Shown: piece after piece, positions 1-10,421 of the stretch
Layout of the letters: the number at the start of each line of letters is the position of its first letter
Position numbering within the stretch: position 1 is the stretch's first letter
Virus record (IMG/VR): IMGVR_UViG_3300037400_002732
Location: 32,001-96,000 of that record
Reading direction: 5' to 3' (one strand)
Source: a virus
Taxonomy: Duplodnaviria; Caudoviricetes
Length of the DNA: 64,000 nt
The notes under the pieces: model-generated
Databases searched by the model: none
Told to the model about the DNA's origin: nothing
The model's input: the letters and a program-made list of their open reading frames with translations, nothing else
Translations under genes and position numbers: made by a program

Positions 1-231
1 GGCCTTTTCGGCCAGCAACTTATCGGCGAACGATCTTAAAATATACAATTTCTTGTCCACTGTCAACAGATATTTCTCTCCATAGAAACGACGGCAGCAT
101 TCCAGAGAATCCGATATATCATATTCGACATGGTGGCAATCGCATGTACAAACTCCGCCGCCGTATTCCTGTTCGAATACGTCGTATGCATAAAACTCTT
201 CTCGGTCGAAATACATGATGTCTTTAGCCAT
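1..231 (-). CDS. hypothetical protein, truncated by window start
   Basis: Manual translation from ATG at 231 (MAKDIMYFDREEFYAYDVFEQEYGGGVCTCDCHH...) stays open to position 1; lies 8 nt after the upstream stop. Confidence 0.7.
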   Translation of the reverse strand, partial: MAKDIMYFDREEFYAYDVFEQEYGGGVCTCDCHHVEYDISDSLECCRRFYGEKYLLTVDKKLYILRSFADKLLAEKA

Positions 232-239
232 AGCGATTC

Positions 240-1280
240 CTATTTAATCATGGTTACTACACGCTGGTTGATGTCCAGCATCTTGTTCTTGCCGTAGAAC
301 TTGATCATGTTGGCGTAAGTATTGTACAGCTTCGCGTTCGTCCTAGTCAACGGAAGCTCAGATATAAAGTTGTTGTAGATTGTAGACAAGTGTGTTGCGG
401 ACAACTTAAACGCCTCATCGCCGATCACGTTGACTCCCCAGAATTCATCGACGAGCGGCGTATAGAAAATTCCGTCACCAGCAGTCGATATCGCCGTTGG
501 AATCTTGACTGGTTCCACGTCCATCTTCACTCGATCGAACATTCCGCAGATGTAATCCATGTAGGAATCAATGCGGTTATCCATGACCACTAGGTTATCG
601 GTGAAGCCCTTGTCCATGATAATCTTCTTGCACACCTTTCCGGTCACGTTGGTAACATCGATGCCTTCTGCAGCAAGCAAGTCATTACAAATAGTCTCGA
701 ACGAGTCCTTCGGCTTGAAGAACGTTTCGGTATATTCCTTATCAAGCTTGTCAAACGAATACTCGTAGCTGTAGCCGATCATCGTCAGCTTGGAAACGTT
801 GATGCCTCTCCATCGAGTAGTACTCAGGGCCTTTCCGAAGGTCTCAACAAACTTCTTGGGCATTCCGTTCTTCATCGCGGTAATGAGCTTCGACGGAGTA
901 TTGCCCTTGTCGATGTACAATTTCACTATAGAGTCTTTCTTGAACGATTCGCACACTTCCTTCCACTCTTCCTCGTCTTCGAACGAGTGCTTATTCAGCG
1001 GAAACGTGATTACGCCGTTCTTCGTATTCTTGAGACTGACCTTGTCGTAAGGGATGAATATGTGGCGAGGATTATGATATTTCTCGAATTCGAACTTGAT
1101 CGGCGATATAGCCTCGATCATTTCGACCGTATCGGCATTGACCATGTCGCGATAGGTGTCAAGTGGCTCGCCCAGCTTTGCCGTGGCCAAAAAATGCACG
1201 GTCTCGCCGTTGATCTTGCGGCGAACGGCCTCGATAACTGAGTCCAAGCTATAACCGATTATGTAAGTTTCAGTGCTCAT
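240..1280 (-). CDS. UDP-galactopyranose mutase (Glf)-like protein, divergent, possibly non-catalytic
   Basis: Colinear resemblance to Glf: N-terminal YIIGYSLDS, FPLNKHSF, VMDNRIDSYMDYICG (cf. YTGPIDEYFDY.FG), NAKLYNTY; canonical GxGxxG is missing. Confidence 0.5.
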   Translation of the reverse strand: MSTETYIIGYSLDSVIEAVRRKINGETVHFLATAKLGEPLDTYRDMVNADTVEMIEAISPIKFEFEKYHNPRHIFIPYDKVSLKNTKNGVITFPLNKHSFEDEEEWKEVCESFKKDSIVKLYIDKGNTPSKLITAMKNGMPKKFVETFGKALSTTRWRGINVSKLTMIGYSYEYSFDKLDKEYTETFFKPKDSFETICNDLLAAEGIDVTNVTGKVCKKIIMDKGFTDNLVVMDNRIDSYMDYICGMFDRVKMDVEPVKIPTAISTAGDGIFYTPLVDEFWGVNVIGDEAFKLSATHLSTIYNNFISELPLTRTNAKLYNTYANMIKFYGKNKMLDINQRVVTMIK

Positions 1281-1705
1281 GCAACCTTACCGTCATTCTG
1301 AATGAAAGGCAGCACATACTGTTCCAGCCACTTTGGGCCGGGAAACTCAAATACGATGTCCAGAATGCGGCACTTCTCGTCCGCAAAGACGACCGCCGGA
1401 AGCTTGTTCATACCAAGGTCGGTATAGATCAAGTTCTTTCGCGGTTCCGGTTCAAGCACTGTACGGACGCAGCGAACTGGGTCTTCAAATAGATTGTACT
1501 TGTTGAACCAAGAGAACATGTCGCTAAAGCTCTGCTTGCAAGTAGGACACAGCTTTTCCTCGTCGTAAAATAGGAATACCCACATTACAACTCGCTGACG
1601 TTTTTTCACGTCCGCGTACGCTTCTTGACCGTATTCAAGGAGACGCTGACTTAGGGGCTTGTACTCACCGCTGATAAAAACACCGTCGCTACAGCAGACA
1701 GACAT
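1277..1705 (-). CDS. thioredoxin-fold protein
   Basis: FLFYDEEKLCPTCK CxxC motif and the downstream LGMNKLPAVVF cis-Pro region. Confidence 0.7.
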   Translation of the reverse strand: MSVCCSDGVFISGEYKPLSQRLLEYGQEAYADVKKRQRVVMWVFLFYDEEKLCPTCKQSFSDMFSWFNKYNLFEDPVRCVRTVLEPEPRKNLIYTDLGMNKLPAVVFADEKCRILDIVFEFPGPKWLEQYVLPFIQNDGKVA

Positions 1706-1744
1706 AGCGTTGCCTTTCGAAGTTAATTGATAAATTATATTGTT

Positions 1745-2287
1745 TCAGAGTTTTATTACCGTCTTGGAGTCGAACAGCTTGCCAGTGTTCTTCTCGTTGA
1801 CTATGAACCAGTTCACATTGTGCTGGCGACACCATTCGGACGCGGCTTCCCATTTAGCCAAGTTCACCATGACATCCATGACTTTTTGGTCATAGCTAGC
1901 CTTTCGCTTATTATAACGCTCATAGGCCGCTGCCGACGAACCACTCTTTGGAGGCTGAGGAACTTTAGGCGCAACCGCGTACGAAGTCGGTTTTACCTCG
2001 ATAAGCCATCTGACTACACGAGTAGCACCTTCTGGAAGGATTTCCAGATAAATGTCCGGATGATAGATGGAAACTCGGTTATACCTCGGCGACATGTAGG
2101 GAATCTCGAACACTTTAGGCTCATAGGCCCAAAACGTGATTCTCGGATTGAGGTCGCACACCATGAAGAATTTCTGTTCCCATTTCGACTTGTAATACGG
2201 TGGCGGAAGATTGGGCATGTATTTCTCTGGGTGTATCAGAGTGTACTTGCCCTTATGACAGTCGGTATAGTAATTATGCTTCGCCAT
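1745..2287 (-). CDS. gp4: head completion nuclease (T4 gp4-like, TnsA N-terminal PD-(D/E)xK)
   Basis: KGKYTLIHPEKY, YKSKWEQKFF.CD.NP.I.W.YE, IPY, YHPD, LIEVKP, NLAKWEAA. Confidence 0.9.
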   Translation of the reverse strand: MAKHNYYTDCHKGKYTLIHPEKYMPNLPPPYYKSKWEQKFFMVCDLNPRITFWAYEPKVFEIPYMSPRYNRVSIYHPDIYLEILPEGATRVVRWLIEVKPTSYAVAPKVPQPPKSGSSAAAYERYNKRKASYDQKVMDVMVNLAKWEAASEWCRQHNVNWFIVNEKNTGKLFDSKTVIKL

Positions 2288-2295
2288 ACATCCTC

Positions 2296-4221
2296 CTACG
2301 CTAGCGCAGCGGAGTACATGCGTCGATAATACGTCTCAAGCGATTCGTTCGGAAGCTTCACCGTAAAGCGGAAGCCAGCAATCTTTTCGGTTCGTTCCTT
2401 GTCAAAGTCGTTGAACACAGTGTAGGTCGGCCTTACTGGTTCAGGAACGTCTGGATTGTCAACCGTCGGCAACCCAGTAGGATTGTCAAGAAAGTCTGGC
2501 TGGCGTCCCGGCATCGTCGTATCTCTTGATCCGGAATTATTGGAATTGAAATCAGATCCAGGACGCTCGATTTCGTCGAGGTTCTTGGAAATGTGGGTAA
2601 CAAATTCCTTGTTGGTCGAATACTTGTTGCTGAATCGGATCAACTGGTAATGGCGTTCGATATAGTACGCATCGATCTTACTGCCAGCAACCATGCTATC
2701 GCTGATGCTCTTCAAGATTTCTTGGTCGCCGCTAGTGATGGGCTTCGTACCGACAGTAACCGCATTCTCGCTTTCTGGAGCATAAGCGAAGTTAACCGCA
2801 TCGGCAAATGCGCTAGGGCCTTGGTTTTCCTCAGTCGGCATGAAGTCGGCGGCAGTCACCGGACGACTGAGGTCGTATTCTTCGGCCTCTTCCTCTTCCG
2901 GAGAAGTATCGTCGTCTTTGTTCTTGCTCTTGCGGAACAATGACATCAGCATATCCCACGGCGATTCGCTGTAGAGCTGGCGCAACACGCTTTCCTTCGG
3001 TGTCATGCCGTCAAGGTCTTGCGCAATGCAGCACGTATAAATGTCGGCCTCCATGGCACGACGCCAGTACTTGTCATCCAAACGCAAGTCCTTGTACAGC
3101 TGCTTAGTCTTGTTCTTGATCTTTTCCGACAAGGCTGGGCAAGCAATCTCAAGGCACTTGATCCATCCACGGTACGTATTGATCATGTCCATTGCCGACA
3201 TGCCGTAGTATTCCTTGCCATTCTTGGTTTCGGTAGAATATACGAAGAAGCATTCGAATGGGCCGAGACCATTGATGAAGGAATTGACATTCATTTTCGC
3301 ACGAAGTAGCTCAACATACTTCTTCATCAACCAGCGGAACGGCTTGATGATAAAATTGAATACATAGACGATCCATGACTCGATATAGTTGAACACTTGT
3401 TCGATATAGTTTCGTACATACTTTGTCAGCAAGTTATCGACCGCAAGGCTGAGGCCCTTCGGCGTCATCAATGAAAATTTCTTTTCGAGGCAATACTTAA
3501 TGGCAGCCGGATTGGTCGTGATGTCACGGCCATATTCATCTTTGGTGCATCCAGTCAAGTTGGCAATAACCTTGCAAAGACACGGACAGTTGGCCATATA
3601 TCCAATAAGGCTATCCCAGTTGATGGAAATGGAAAAATTAATTGCTGACATCACCTTGTCGCGGATGGCATTGAATACGTCCAAAATACAGTGTCGAACA
3701 GCCTCGGTAAGAGACAAGGTAGCATCCTCAAGCCTCGTACGAGCAGCATCAATCTTGTTAAACAGAGCGAACGCAGTCTTGATAATTACGTCCAGCCATC
3801 CGTCAATCATGCCGCCCCACATTTCGATGAAGCTACAGATGTTCTTGACGAAATCCGGCTGCTGCATTATCTTGCTGATATAGGAACCGCTGGTAATGCC
3901 GTTCATGACATTCAAGCCAGAATCCAGCAAGCCCATCGCTGGGCCGAAGAACGGAACCTTGTCCTTAATAAAGTCAAAAAGCATGTCGGAACAGTCGGTA
4001 GCGTTAAGCTGCCTTGTCCCGGCATCAATGGCCGACGCAACTTGCTCAACCGCGCCAGTGAACTTGTTTACCGCACCGTCAATGGCCGTAAGGAACGACG
4101 GCTTCGGAGACTGGGTAGACGAATTAGACGAGGTCTTGTCAGCAACGACAGCACCGTTGTCGCCAGCCTTACTGGTGGCCGCAATGTTCTCAGTTTTCGC
4201 GCATCCGTCCTTAACAGCCAT
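2296..4221 (-). CDS. hypothetical protein in baseplate operon, Cys-rich and helical
   Basis: 641-aa ORF tightly coupled to the gp5-like gene; no family recognised. Confidence 0.75.
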   Translation of the reverse strand: MAVKDGCAKTENIAATSKAGDNGAVVADKTSSNSSTQSPKPSFLTAIDGAVNKFTGAVEQVASAIDAGTRQLNATDCSDMLFDFIKDKVPFFGPAMGLLDSGLNVMNGITSGSYISKIMQQPDFVKNICSFIEMWGGMIDGWLDVIIKTAFALFNKIDAARTRLEDATLSLTEAVRHCILDVFNAIRDKVMSAINFSISINWDSLIGYMANCPCLCKVIANLTGCTKDEYGRDITTNPAAIKYCLEKKFSLMTPKGLSLAVDNLLTKYVRNYIEQVFNYIESWIVYVFNFIIKPFRWLMKKYVELLRAKMNVNSFINGLGPFECFFVYSTETKNGKEYYGMSAMDMINTYRGWIKCLEIACPALSEKIKNKTKQLYKDLRLDDKYWRRAMEADIYTCCIAQDLDGMTPKESVLRQLYSESPWDMLMSLFRKSKNKDDDTSPEEEEAEEYDLSRPVTAADFMPTEENQGPSAFADAVNFAYAPESENAVTVGTKPITSGDQEILKSISDSMVAGSKIDAYYIERHYQLIRFSNKYSTNKEFVTHISKNLDEIERPGSDFNSNNSGSRDTTMPGRQPDFLDNPTGLPTVDNPDVPEPVRPTYTVFNDFDKERTEKIAGFRFTVKLPNESLETYYRRMYSAALA

Positions 4222-4223
4222 AA

Positions 4224-5447
4224 TTAGTACTCGTCACCGCTAAAGTTCAACATCAACGCCGTCGGCTTTGGAATATCGAAGTCATTCGGCGTAACTACCG
4301 GAATGTCATCGTTCTTGGCCTTGGCCCTTATATGCACAACCAGTTTATCCAATATACTGCGCTGGTACGGAGTAATTTCTTCCGTAACCGAACCAATGAG
4401 CATGATAATGACCGCATCCACGTTAGCCTTGTCTCCGCCAATAGTGGAGCCGCTATACACGCCGCCGTCGTCGTCAAGGTCGATGAACTGGTAGAAGCCG
4501 CTATTTCTGAGTCGGCTCTTGTCGGAACCGTTATCCGACAGAACTTCCGGATCGCCTTCGACACGACCGACAAGGTAATGGGCATTGCTCGTGCTTTCGA
4601 GAAATTTCTTGGCCATGATAGGGAAGCATTCGCCTTCTGAATGACATACAAGAATGCGCTTGATTTCCTTGCCGTTTCGCTTGATCATCTGGTCAGTACG
4701 TTCCATCATGACGGTTGATACAACTTCGCCAGACTTGTTGATGATGTCAATCGTGGGCACGTCCGCCTCGGTCTGAGGCTGCGCCGGAGTATTGTCGGTT
4801 TCTTGTGGCGCACCTTGTCCATGGAACGCATCGATCGTAGCTTGTGAAATGTGAGAAATCGTAAGATACTCGCTGCCCTGTCCAAGTCCGCTATCTGCGC
4901 GGTTATGGCCCACTGGCATGCAAGTAAAGATGTCGATAGTACCTTCGGTAAGGACATGCTGAAGATTTGCCCCAGTACCTTCCTTCGCGCCCATTCCAGC
5001 TTGCGCGTGGGCCGTAGAAGACTCGTACGTCACGAACCCAGACGCGTCCCAAGTAAACGTCGAATTGTTTCCTGGATTGACGATGTCGGTAATGTGGGTC
5101 TTTCTGTTGTGCGTATAGAAAAATCCGTTCTCTCCCAAGTTGCCCACCGCCACATCTGGGTAGTACTCGGTAAATGCCGCTGGAAGAAGTTCTTGGGTCT
5201 GCGACATTCCGTAATAGTAACCGCAGTTAAGGTCTCCGTGCATGAAACGGACACGGAGATAGTAGCCTACTTCGGGCACTTGCTGAAGACCCATACACAA
5301 CGCCGGATAAACGTACGGCTGTTCATCATCTTCATAGGAGTCGGTAACACCAAGCACCTTGACACGAACCGCGCCTCGGTGCGAAATATCGTTACTGCCC
5401 CCAACGACAATGCAAGTATAGTCCTTATCTGGCAACTCGTTAAACAT
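4224..5447 (-). CDS. gp5: baseplate central spike (gp5-like OB fold) with C-terminal amidase-2/PGRP-like domain
   Basis: N-terminal GAVRVKVLGV...VPEVGYYLRVRF.HGD; C-terminal ILVCHSEG, NAHYLV, IMLIG, TPYQRSILDKLV. Confidence 0.7.
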   Translation of the reverse strand: MFNELPDKDYTCIVVGGSNDISHRGAVRVKVLGVTDSYEDDEQPYVYPALCMGLQQVPEVGYYLRVRFMHGDLNCGYYYGMSQTQELLPAAFTEYYPDVAVGNLGENGFFYTHNRKTHITDIVNPGNNSTFTWDASGFVTYESSTAHAQAGMGAKEGTGANLQHVLTEGTIDIFTCMPVGHNRADSGLGQGSEYLTISHISQATIDAFHGQGAPQETDNTPAQPQTEADVPTIDIINKSGEVVSTVMMERTDQMIKRNGKEIKRILVCHSEGECFPIMAKKFLESTSNAHYLVGRVEGDPEVLSDNGSDKSRLRNSGFYQFIDLDDDGGVYSGSTIGGDKANVDAVIIMLIGSVTEEITPYQRSILDKLVVHIRAKAKNDDIPVVTPNDFDIPKPTALMLNFSGDEY

Positions 5448-6781
5448 TATTTCTTAGACTCCGTATCTACCTTGCAAGCATCGGCGATGTTGGCAAGCTT
5501 TTCCATGGCGGGCTTATATCCGTTAACTCCGACGGAATTCGACCCTAGTATAAGGACGGTCACGTATTCTGCAGACTGGTCAGCAACCGAATTGCCAAGG
5601 GCACCAGCTTGCGTCGTGCCTTCCTTCTTAATCTTTTTTGCGAGGACGATGTATTCGTCCGTATAATTCATGTCGGTTCCGCCGTTGCCTCCGTTCTTGG
5701 TAACCTTCAGCGAACGAACGACTACGCTGCTTCCTACAGCTGGGCCGATAGAGTTCTGTATGCCTACTACCAGCAGCTTACTGTATTCCGCATAAATTCT
5801 CTGGCGGATCATTCCGGCAATCTGGTACGACTTGTGCGTATTCAAGGGGAAGTTATCGACGACGGTCATTTCGCCATACACTGCATTCGGATCCTTCACG
5901 CTGTATGTTTCGCGAGCATCCTTGCTGCTCATCGCGCCATAACTGGTAACGACGTTGTCGAAACACTTTCCGCCACAAGTTCCTATATCGGCCTTTCCAT
6001 CAGACGTTACGCTGGAGAACACCACGTTAGGGAACATTTCTTCTAGCTGTTTACCGTCTTGGCTACTACGTTCCTCGTACGAATACAGCCACAGCTGGCT
6101 GCCAGTATTCGGATCCGTATAACGGACGTTGTTTGTAGAGTTCAATGCGTTCTGCGAATAAACGAGGGCTTGCGGCTTGCTTACTTTCTTGGAAATGCCC
6201 AGCGAAGAAAACACGATTTTCTGACTTACTTCGTCATAAGTCCAGAACAGGTAATCGCCGTTCAGCGCGGAATGGTTCACCGTGTAAATCAGCATGTCCT
6301 CCAAGTTGGCGTTTGCGTAACGCCACGTCATCGTATCGGTAAGTCCGGACGCATTGGACATAACCAAGTTCTGGTATGGAATTTGGTTCTTGTAGGACTT
6401 CAATATGTCTATCATGGCATCTAGGCTGGTGCCAGTAATAGCCATGGTCTTCTTCACCATGCTTTCGTCCGTAGCGCAACGCCAAGTAAATGTTATCTTG
6501 GTCGTATCTTCGTTCACTAGCGTCTGACTTGCCGTCAGTACATAGAAAGAAAAGCCCTTGCCGTCAACTTCCGGATAGCCAGTATTCAAGAAAACGAAAC
6601 GCCCATAGCAACCGCTGTCAACCTTGTAGTCTGGGACACCGGTAATCATCACGGACACGTTGCCTCGCGGCAATCCGTTCATGGGGATAGCCATGTCGAG
6701 GTCACACACGGACGCAGCATCGAACATTCGATCCTTTATCATCAAGGTGACGCTAAAACTTGGCCCAGCTCGATTAGCCAT
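5447..6781 (-). CDS. putative baseplate hub protein (gp27-like)
   Basis: Size and position directly upstream of gp5; YLFWTYD..IVFSSL and Y.VL.KKI motifs typical of hub proteins. Confidence 0.55.
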   Translation of the reverse strand: MANRAGPSFSVTLMIKDRMFDAASVCDLDMAIPMNGLPRGNVSVMITGVPDYKVDSGCYGRFVFLNTGYPEVDGKGFSFYVLTASQTLVNEDTTKITFTWRCATDESMVKKTMAITGTSLDAMIDILKSYKNQIPYQNLVMSNASGLTDTMTWRYANANLEDMLIYTVNHSALNGDYLFWTYDEVSQKIVFSSLGISKKVSKPQALVYSQNALNSTNNVRYTDPNTGSQLWLYSYEERSSQDGKQLEEMFPNVVFSSVTSDGKADIGTCGGKCFDNVVTSYGAMSSKDARETYSVKDPNAVYGEMTVVDNFPLNTHKSYQIAGMIRQRIYAEYSKLLVVGIQNSIGPAVGSSVVVRSLKVTKNGGNGGTDMNYTDEYIVLAKKIKKEGTTQAGALGNSVADQSAEYVTVLILGSNSVGVNGYKPAMEKLANIADACKVDTESKK

Positions 6782-7218
6782 TACTTACTTTCCTCTTGCA
6801 AATCGTTGTATTTCTGATACCAGCTAACTACACTATCCGGCGACGGAAGCAAATAGTTTCTGTCGCCAACAGCCTCGGTGATGACACCGCTGAAAGGCTC
6901 GCTATAGCCCATCCAATCGTTGTCGCCGAGTATGACGGATTCCATCGCCTTTTTGTATTCAGCCTCAAGTTCGGCACCAGAATACCCCTTTAAAAGTAGT
7001 TCATTTCGGATGCTCTCATCTACCGGACGGATAGTGCCCCTTAGAGCCATCGGATTACGGATGCCGTTGACGGCGGCAAACGCCTTGTACATCTGCGGAG
7101 TGCCGTACATTTCGCCAATAACTCGATCGAGGCGGCCATTCTTGACCATAGGTATGTGAAACATACCAGCGTAGGTAAACGAGTCATCACGGATTCTAGG
7201 AAACTGTTCCTTCGCCAT
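6781..7218 (-). CDS. baseplate wedge protein (gp53/LysM-like)
   Basis: RLDRVIGEMYGTPQMYKAFAAVNGIRNP pattern; located in baseplate operon. Confidence 0.65.
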   Translation of the reverse strand: MAKEQFPRIRDDSFTYAGMFHIPMVKNGRLDRVIGEMYGTPQMYKAFAAVNGIRNPMALRGTIRPVDESIRNELLLKGYSGAELEAEYKKAMESVILGDNDWMGYSEPFSGVITEAVGDRNYLLPSPDSVVSWYQKYNDLQEESK

Positions 7219-7221
7219 ATA

Positions 7222-8463
7222 CTACCTCTTCTTGTTCTTGCTAGGATTGTTATTGCGAGTAGTATTGCCGTCCTTGGCATTCTTGGTAGACTTGGCTGCA
7301 TTGCTATTCTCGCGCTGTACGAACTGGCCAAAGACTTCGTTACCCAAGATAGAGATAAAGTCCTTCGTAGGCCCAGGCTGCATCCAGTAAGACACCGTAA
7401 CGTCAGCATTTACAAATACTGGCAAGTGTGTGCCATCCGGAGAAATAAACTGTTCGTTGCTCGTACTGATTTTTACCTTATCTATAACCATCGGCTCCAA
7501 GTCGAGATAATGACCTATGGACACGCGAACCGGAAGCGGGTTGGCTACGATTTCACCGCCGAAGAAAGTATTGAGCGAGTTGTACATATCGACGCCTTCG
7601 CCAACAATATTTTTAGCGGTTTCTTTCCACCAAGAACTAGATGATTTCTCATTGGCTGCATTACTATTAGATGCAGTAGATGATCCATCTTTATAGCTCG
7701 TATTTGCTGCATTAGCTTCAGTCACATACCCACTAGGAGCAATAGTCTTGTTGATTAAGTCCTTAGCACCATCAGCCAACTGTCCGCCAGCGGACATCAA
7801 TCCGTTAATCATGGCATTGACGATGTCATACCCACGCATATCCATCGGACGGACATACGTCATCATGATAAGACGCTTGATCGACAGACGGCACATATCT
7901 TCTTGTTCCGGCAAGTACCACTGAAACTTCAGCGGAAGCGAAGCACCAATAGTCGCGCCGGAGAATTTCTTGATAGTCATGCTACCAGTACACTGGTTAT
8001 TCACGCCAGACAGTTCCATACCCATCTGTGCGACACCTTCAATCGCACCAAGAGCGGTATTGGCTGCCGAAGAAATGGTTGCACCAACTCCAGGAATAGC
8101 ACCCAGCAATCCAGCGTTTCCTCCGCCACCAGTCAATAGAGTACTCATTCGAGCGAAGCCGCTCTTGTTTCCAGACGGCTGTTGCCAACTGGCCGATACG
8201 TCAATAGATGGGCCGTTACCAGTATCTGCGTTCAAGATGCCATAGAACGGCTCGTACATATCATAACCACTATCCTTTGAAATAGCATCCAACATGGTTT
8301 CACGGAACGCATCTATACTTTTCTGTATGCCTCCCATGTAAGCCCTACGAGCCGCGCCGTCAAGAACTTCGATACGGCAAACGTTCGGTTTCGGCAAACG
8401 CTTGCTCATATTCTTGGTCGTATGACCTACACGCTGTACATACTTTTCATAACCCTCGGCCAT
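7222..8463 (-). CDS. putative tail tube initiator / baseplate cap (gp48/gp54-like)
   Basis: Follows tape-measure-like gene; C-terminal P.PVRVSIG...MVIDKVKI...G..LPVFVNADVTV tube-fold motif. Confidence 0.55.
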   Translation of the reverse strand: MAEGYEKYVQRVGHTTKNMSKRLPKPNVCRIEVLDGAARRAYMGGIQKSIDAFRETMLDAISKDSGYDMYEPFYGILNADTGNGPSIDVSASWQQPSGNKSGFARMSTLLTGGGGNAGLLGAIPGVGATISSAANTALGAIEGVAQMGMELSGVNNQCTGSMTIKKFSGATIGASLPLKFQWYLPEQEDMCRLSIKRLIMMTYVRPMDMRGYDIVNAMINGLMSAGGQLADGAKDLINKTIAPSGYVTEANAANTSYKDGSSTASNSNAANEKSSSSWWKETAKNIVGEGVDMYNSLNTFFGGEIVANPLPVRVSIGHYLDLEPMVIDKVKISTSNEQFISPDGTHLPVFVNADVTVSYWMQPGPTKDFISILGNEVFGQFVQRENSNAAKSTKNAKDGNTTRNNNPSKNKKR

Positions 8464-8466
8464 ACA

Positions 8467-10344
8467 TTAACCCCCAAACAACTGGCCATTGATAGCAGCA
8501 CCAGTTTCCTTAGCGTTCTTGGCATTGGCTTCTTGGACTTCCGGACTCAGCAAGGCTTCCTTGACGCCTTCCTTCATTCCGTCCTTCATAGCCTTCATCC
8601 TGTCGGCCTCGCTCACTTGTCCGTTCGGCAAATTCGGCACAACAGAAGCAGTCGGAGTATTGGAGTTCTCCATAGAGCCCGGTGCCTTCGGTACGAACAA
8701 CGCGGCAGAATGGCCGAATCCGCCAGCAGCTCCAGATACGGTCTGTACGCCAGCCGCATCGTATCCCTTACCAGCATTATACGCAGCAGCAACGCGGCGT
8801 GTAGTTTCGGTTCCATTACCGACAAGGTTCTGCAAATTAGCCATCAATCCGTTACCAATACTGATGTCGTTCGCATCGCGCTGCTTGATAAATCCAGAGC
8901 CAGCTCCCTTCAAGATACCGCCGACACCCTTACCAGACTTTGCCGCAGCAATAGCACCGCCAGCAGCATTGATCAGTTCAGGTATCATCAGCGTATCGGA
9001 CAACGTATCAACGAGGCCAGCTGCACCAGTGGTCATCATGTCCGTAATTCCGCCACCAGCCTTGGCCACCTTGTAGACGTTGGACGCAGTATCGACAAGT
9101 CCTCCGACAGCTTGTACTACCGGAAGCTTCTTAGCAAACGCCATGCCTTTACTTGCGGCCTTCATCGCCTTCTGGACGACTCCAGACTTGGCAACAGCAC
9201 TGGCCGCCTTTTCAGCACCAGACTTGATGGCAGAACCAGCCGCACTTGCAGCCGACTTGATTCCGTTTCCAATCTTAGACGCAATGCCGCTCAAGAAACC
9301 GCCAACCTTCTTCGCACCGTCAGAAACTGTCTTTGCGGCCTTGCCAAGAACACTTTCCTTCATAGTGTTCTTCCAGCCGCTAACCATGTTCATGAACGAA
9401 TTCTTCAAGGAACCGATCTTACCAATACCAGAGCTAATCGCCCCGCTCAACTTAGAACCCAGTTCACCAATTTTCTTAATTCCACCATTGACGACTCCCT
9501 TGAATTTCGTTCCAAGGTCGCCAATAGTCTTTCCAATTTTCGAATTCTTAAGAGTATTCCAGCCGGAACGAATTGCGCTAGTAAACGCACCGCCGACATT
9601 CTTCCACATTTCAGCAAACTTACCAAGATACCCAGCAGCAAACCCAACCATACCGCCGCCCAGCGCACCGAGCAAGCCCAGCAAGCTGGATCCCAAGTCT
9701 GAACCATTGCCAGCACTGCTGTTCTTGTCCTCAAGATACTTGTCGAGAGCTTGACCGAGCTTCGTAATCACCGGTTTGGCGGTTTCCTTGTATGCGCGGT
9801 CTTCCTCTTCAAGCAACGCCTTACGGTCAGTGGCTTCGCTATTCCTTTCAGCCACAGCACCAGTAGAAGCGAGGGCTTCTTGATAGCCTTCGCTTGTATT
9901 GACTGGAGCCGCTGTCGGCTGAGCAATCGATGAGTTAGATGACGAGAAATTGCGTATCGCGCTTCCGACGGTTCCGGAAGGAGCCACCGAGTCGGCTGGC
10001 ATTGTCATTTCGCTAGGCGCAATAGACGCCGCCATGGTAGCAAGCGACGATTTGGACGGAGCACTCATACCGTCTTCCGGCATGAACATCATCGAAATCG
10101 ACTTACTGAAATTCGTGAACAGTTCAACGAGTTCGTTATTGTTATCGCGAATGTGTTCAACGTTATTTGATATTTGCTGCAGCGGGTCAGTCTTTTTCTG
10201 GCCAGTCGCTTCCGCATGTTGCTGAAGCATAGCAGCATGAGATTCCTTCAATGCGTCGTACTGAGCTAACGCCTGGGCAACGCCCTTCGATACTTGATCG
10301 GAGAACTCAGTAGCAGTCATCGTCGATACTTGTTTTTCGGCCAT
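8467..10344 (-). CDS. tape-measure-like / baseplate hub protein (gp29-like)
   Basis: Ala/Gly/Lys-rich amphipathic repeats, hydrophobic LLGLLGALGGG segment; first gene of baseplate operon with ATAAACT upstream. Confidence 0.6.
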   Translation of the reverse strand: MAEKQVSTMTATEFSDQVSKGVAQALAQYDALKESHAAMLQQHAEATGQKKTDPLQQISNNVEHIRDNNNELVELFTNFSKSISMMFMPEDGMSAPSKSSLATMAASIAPSEMTMPADSVAPSGTVGSAIRNFSSSNSSIAQPTAAPVNTSEGYQEALASTGAVAERNSEATDRKALLEEEDRAYKETAKPVITKLGQALDKYLEDKNSSAGNGSDLGSSLLGLLGALGGGMVGFAAGYLGKFAEMWKNVGGAFTSAIRSGWNTLKNSKIGKTIGDLGTKFKGVVNGGIKKIGELGSKLSGAISSGIGKIGSLKNSFMNMVSGWKNTMKESVLGKAAKTVSDGAKKVGGFLSGIASKIGNGIKSAASAAGSAIKSGAEKAASAVAKSGVVQKAMKAASKGMAFAKKLPVVQAVGGLVDTASNVYKVAKAGGGITDMMTTGAAGLVDTLSDTLMIPELINAAGGAIAAAKSGKGVGGILKGAGSGFIKQRDANDISIGNGLMANLQNLVGNGTETTRRVAAAYNAGKGYDAAGVQTVSGAAGGFGHSAALFVPKAPGSMENSNTPTASVVPNLPNGQVSEADRMKAMKDGMKEGVKEALLSPEVQEANAKNAKETGAAINGQLFGG

Positions 10345-10393
10345 GCACGAATACCCAAATAGCTACCGCATAGTTTATCAATTCATGGGCACG

Positions 10394-10419
10394 AAAAAAG
10401 CCAGATTGCTCTGGCTTTT
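10394..10419 (-). terminator. rho-independent terminator
   Basis: AAAAAAGCCAGA-TTGC-TCTGGCTTTT stem-loop with flanking A/T runs. Confidence 0.75.
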
Positions 10420-10421
10420 CG

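Noticed and set aside
8422-9702. Long antisense ORFs (e.g. 8422-9702, 17350-18525, 16454-17269)
   Set aside because: Shadow frames opposite well-supported genes, expected from codon bias; no promoters or motifs
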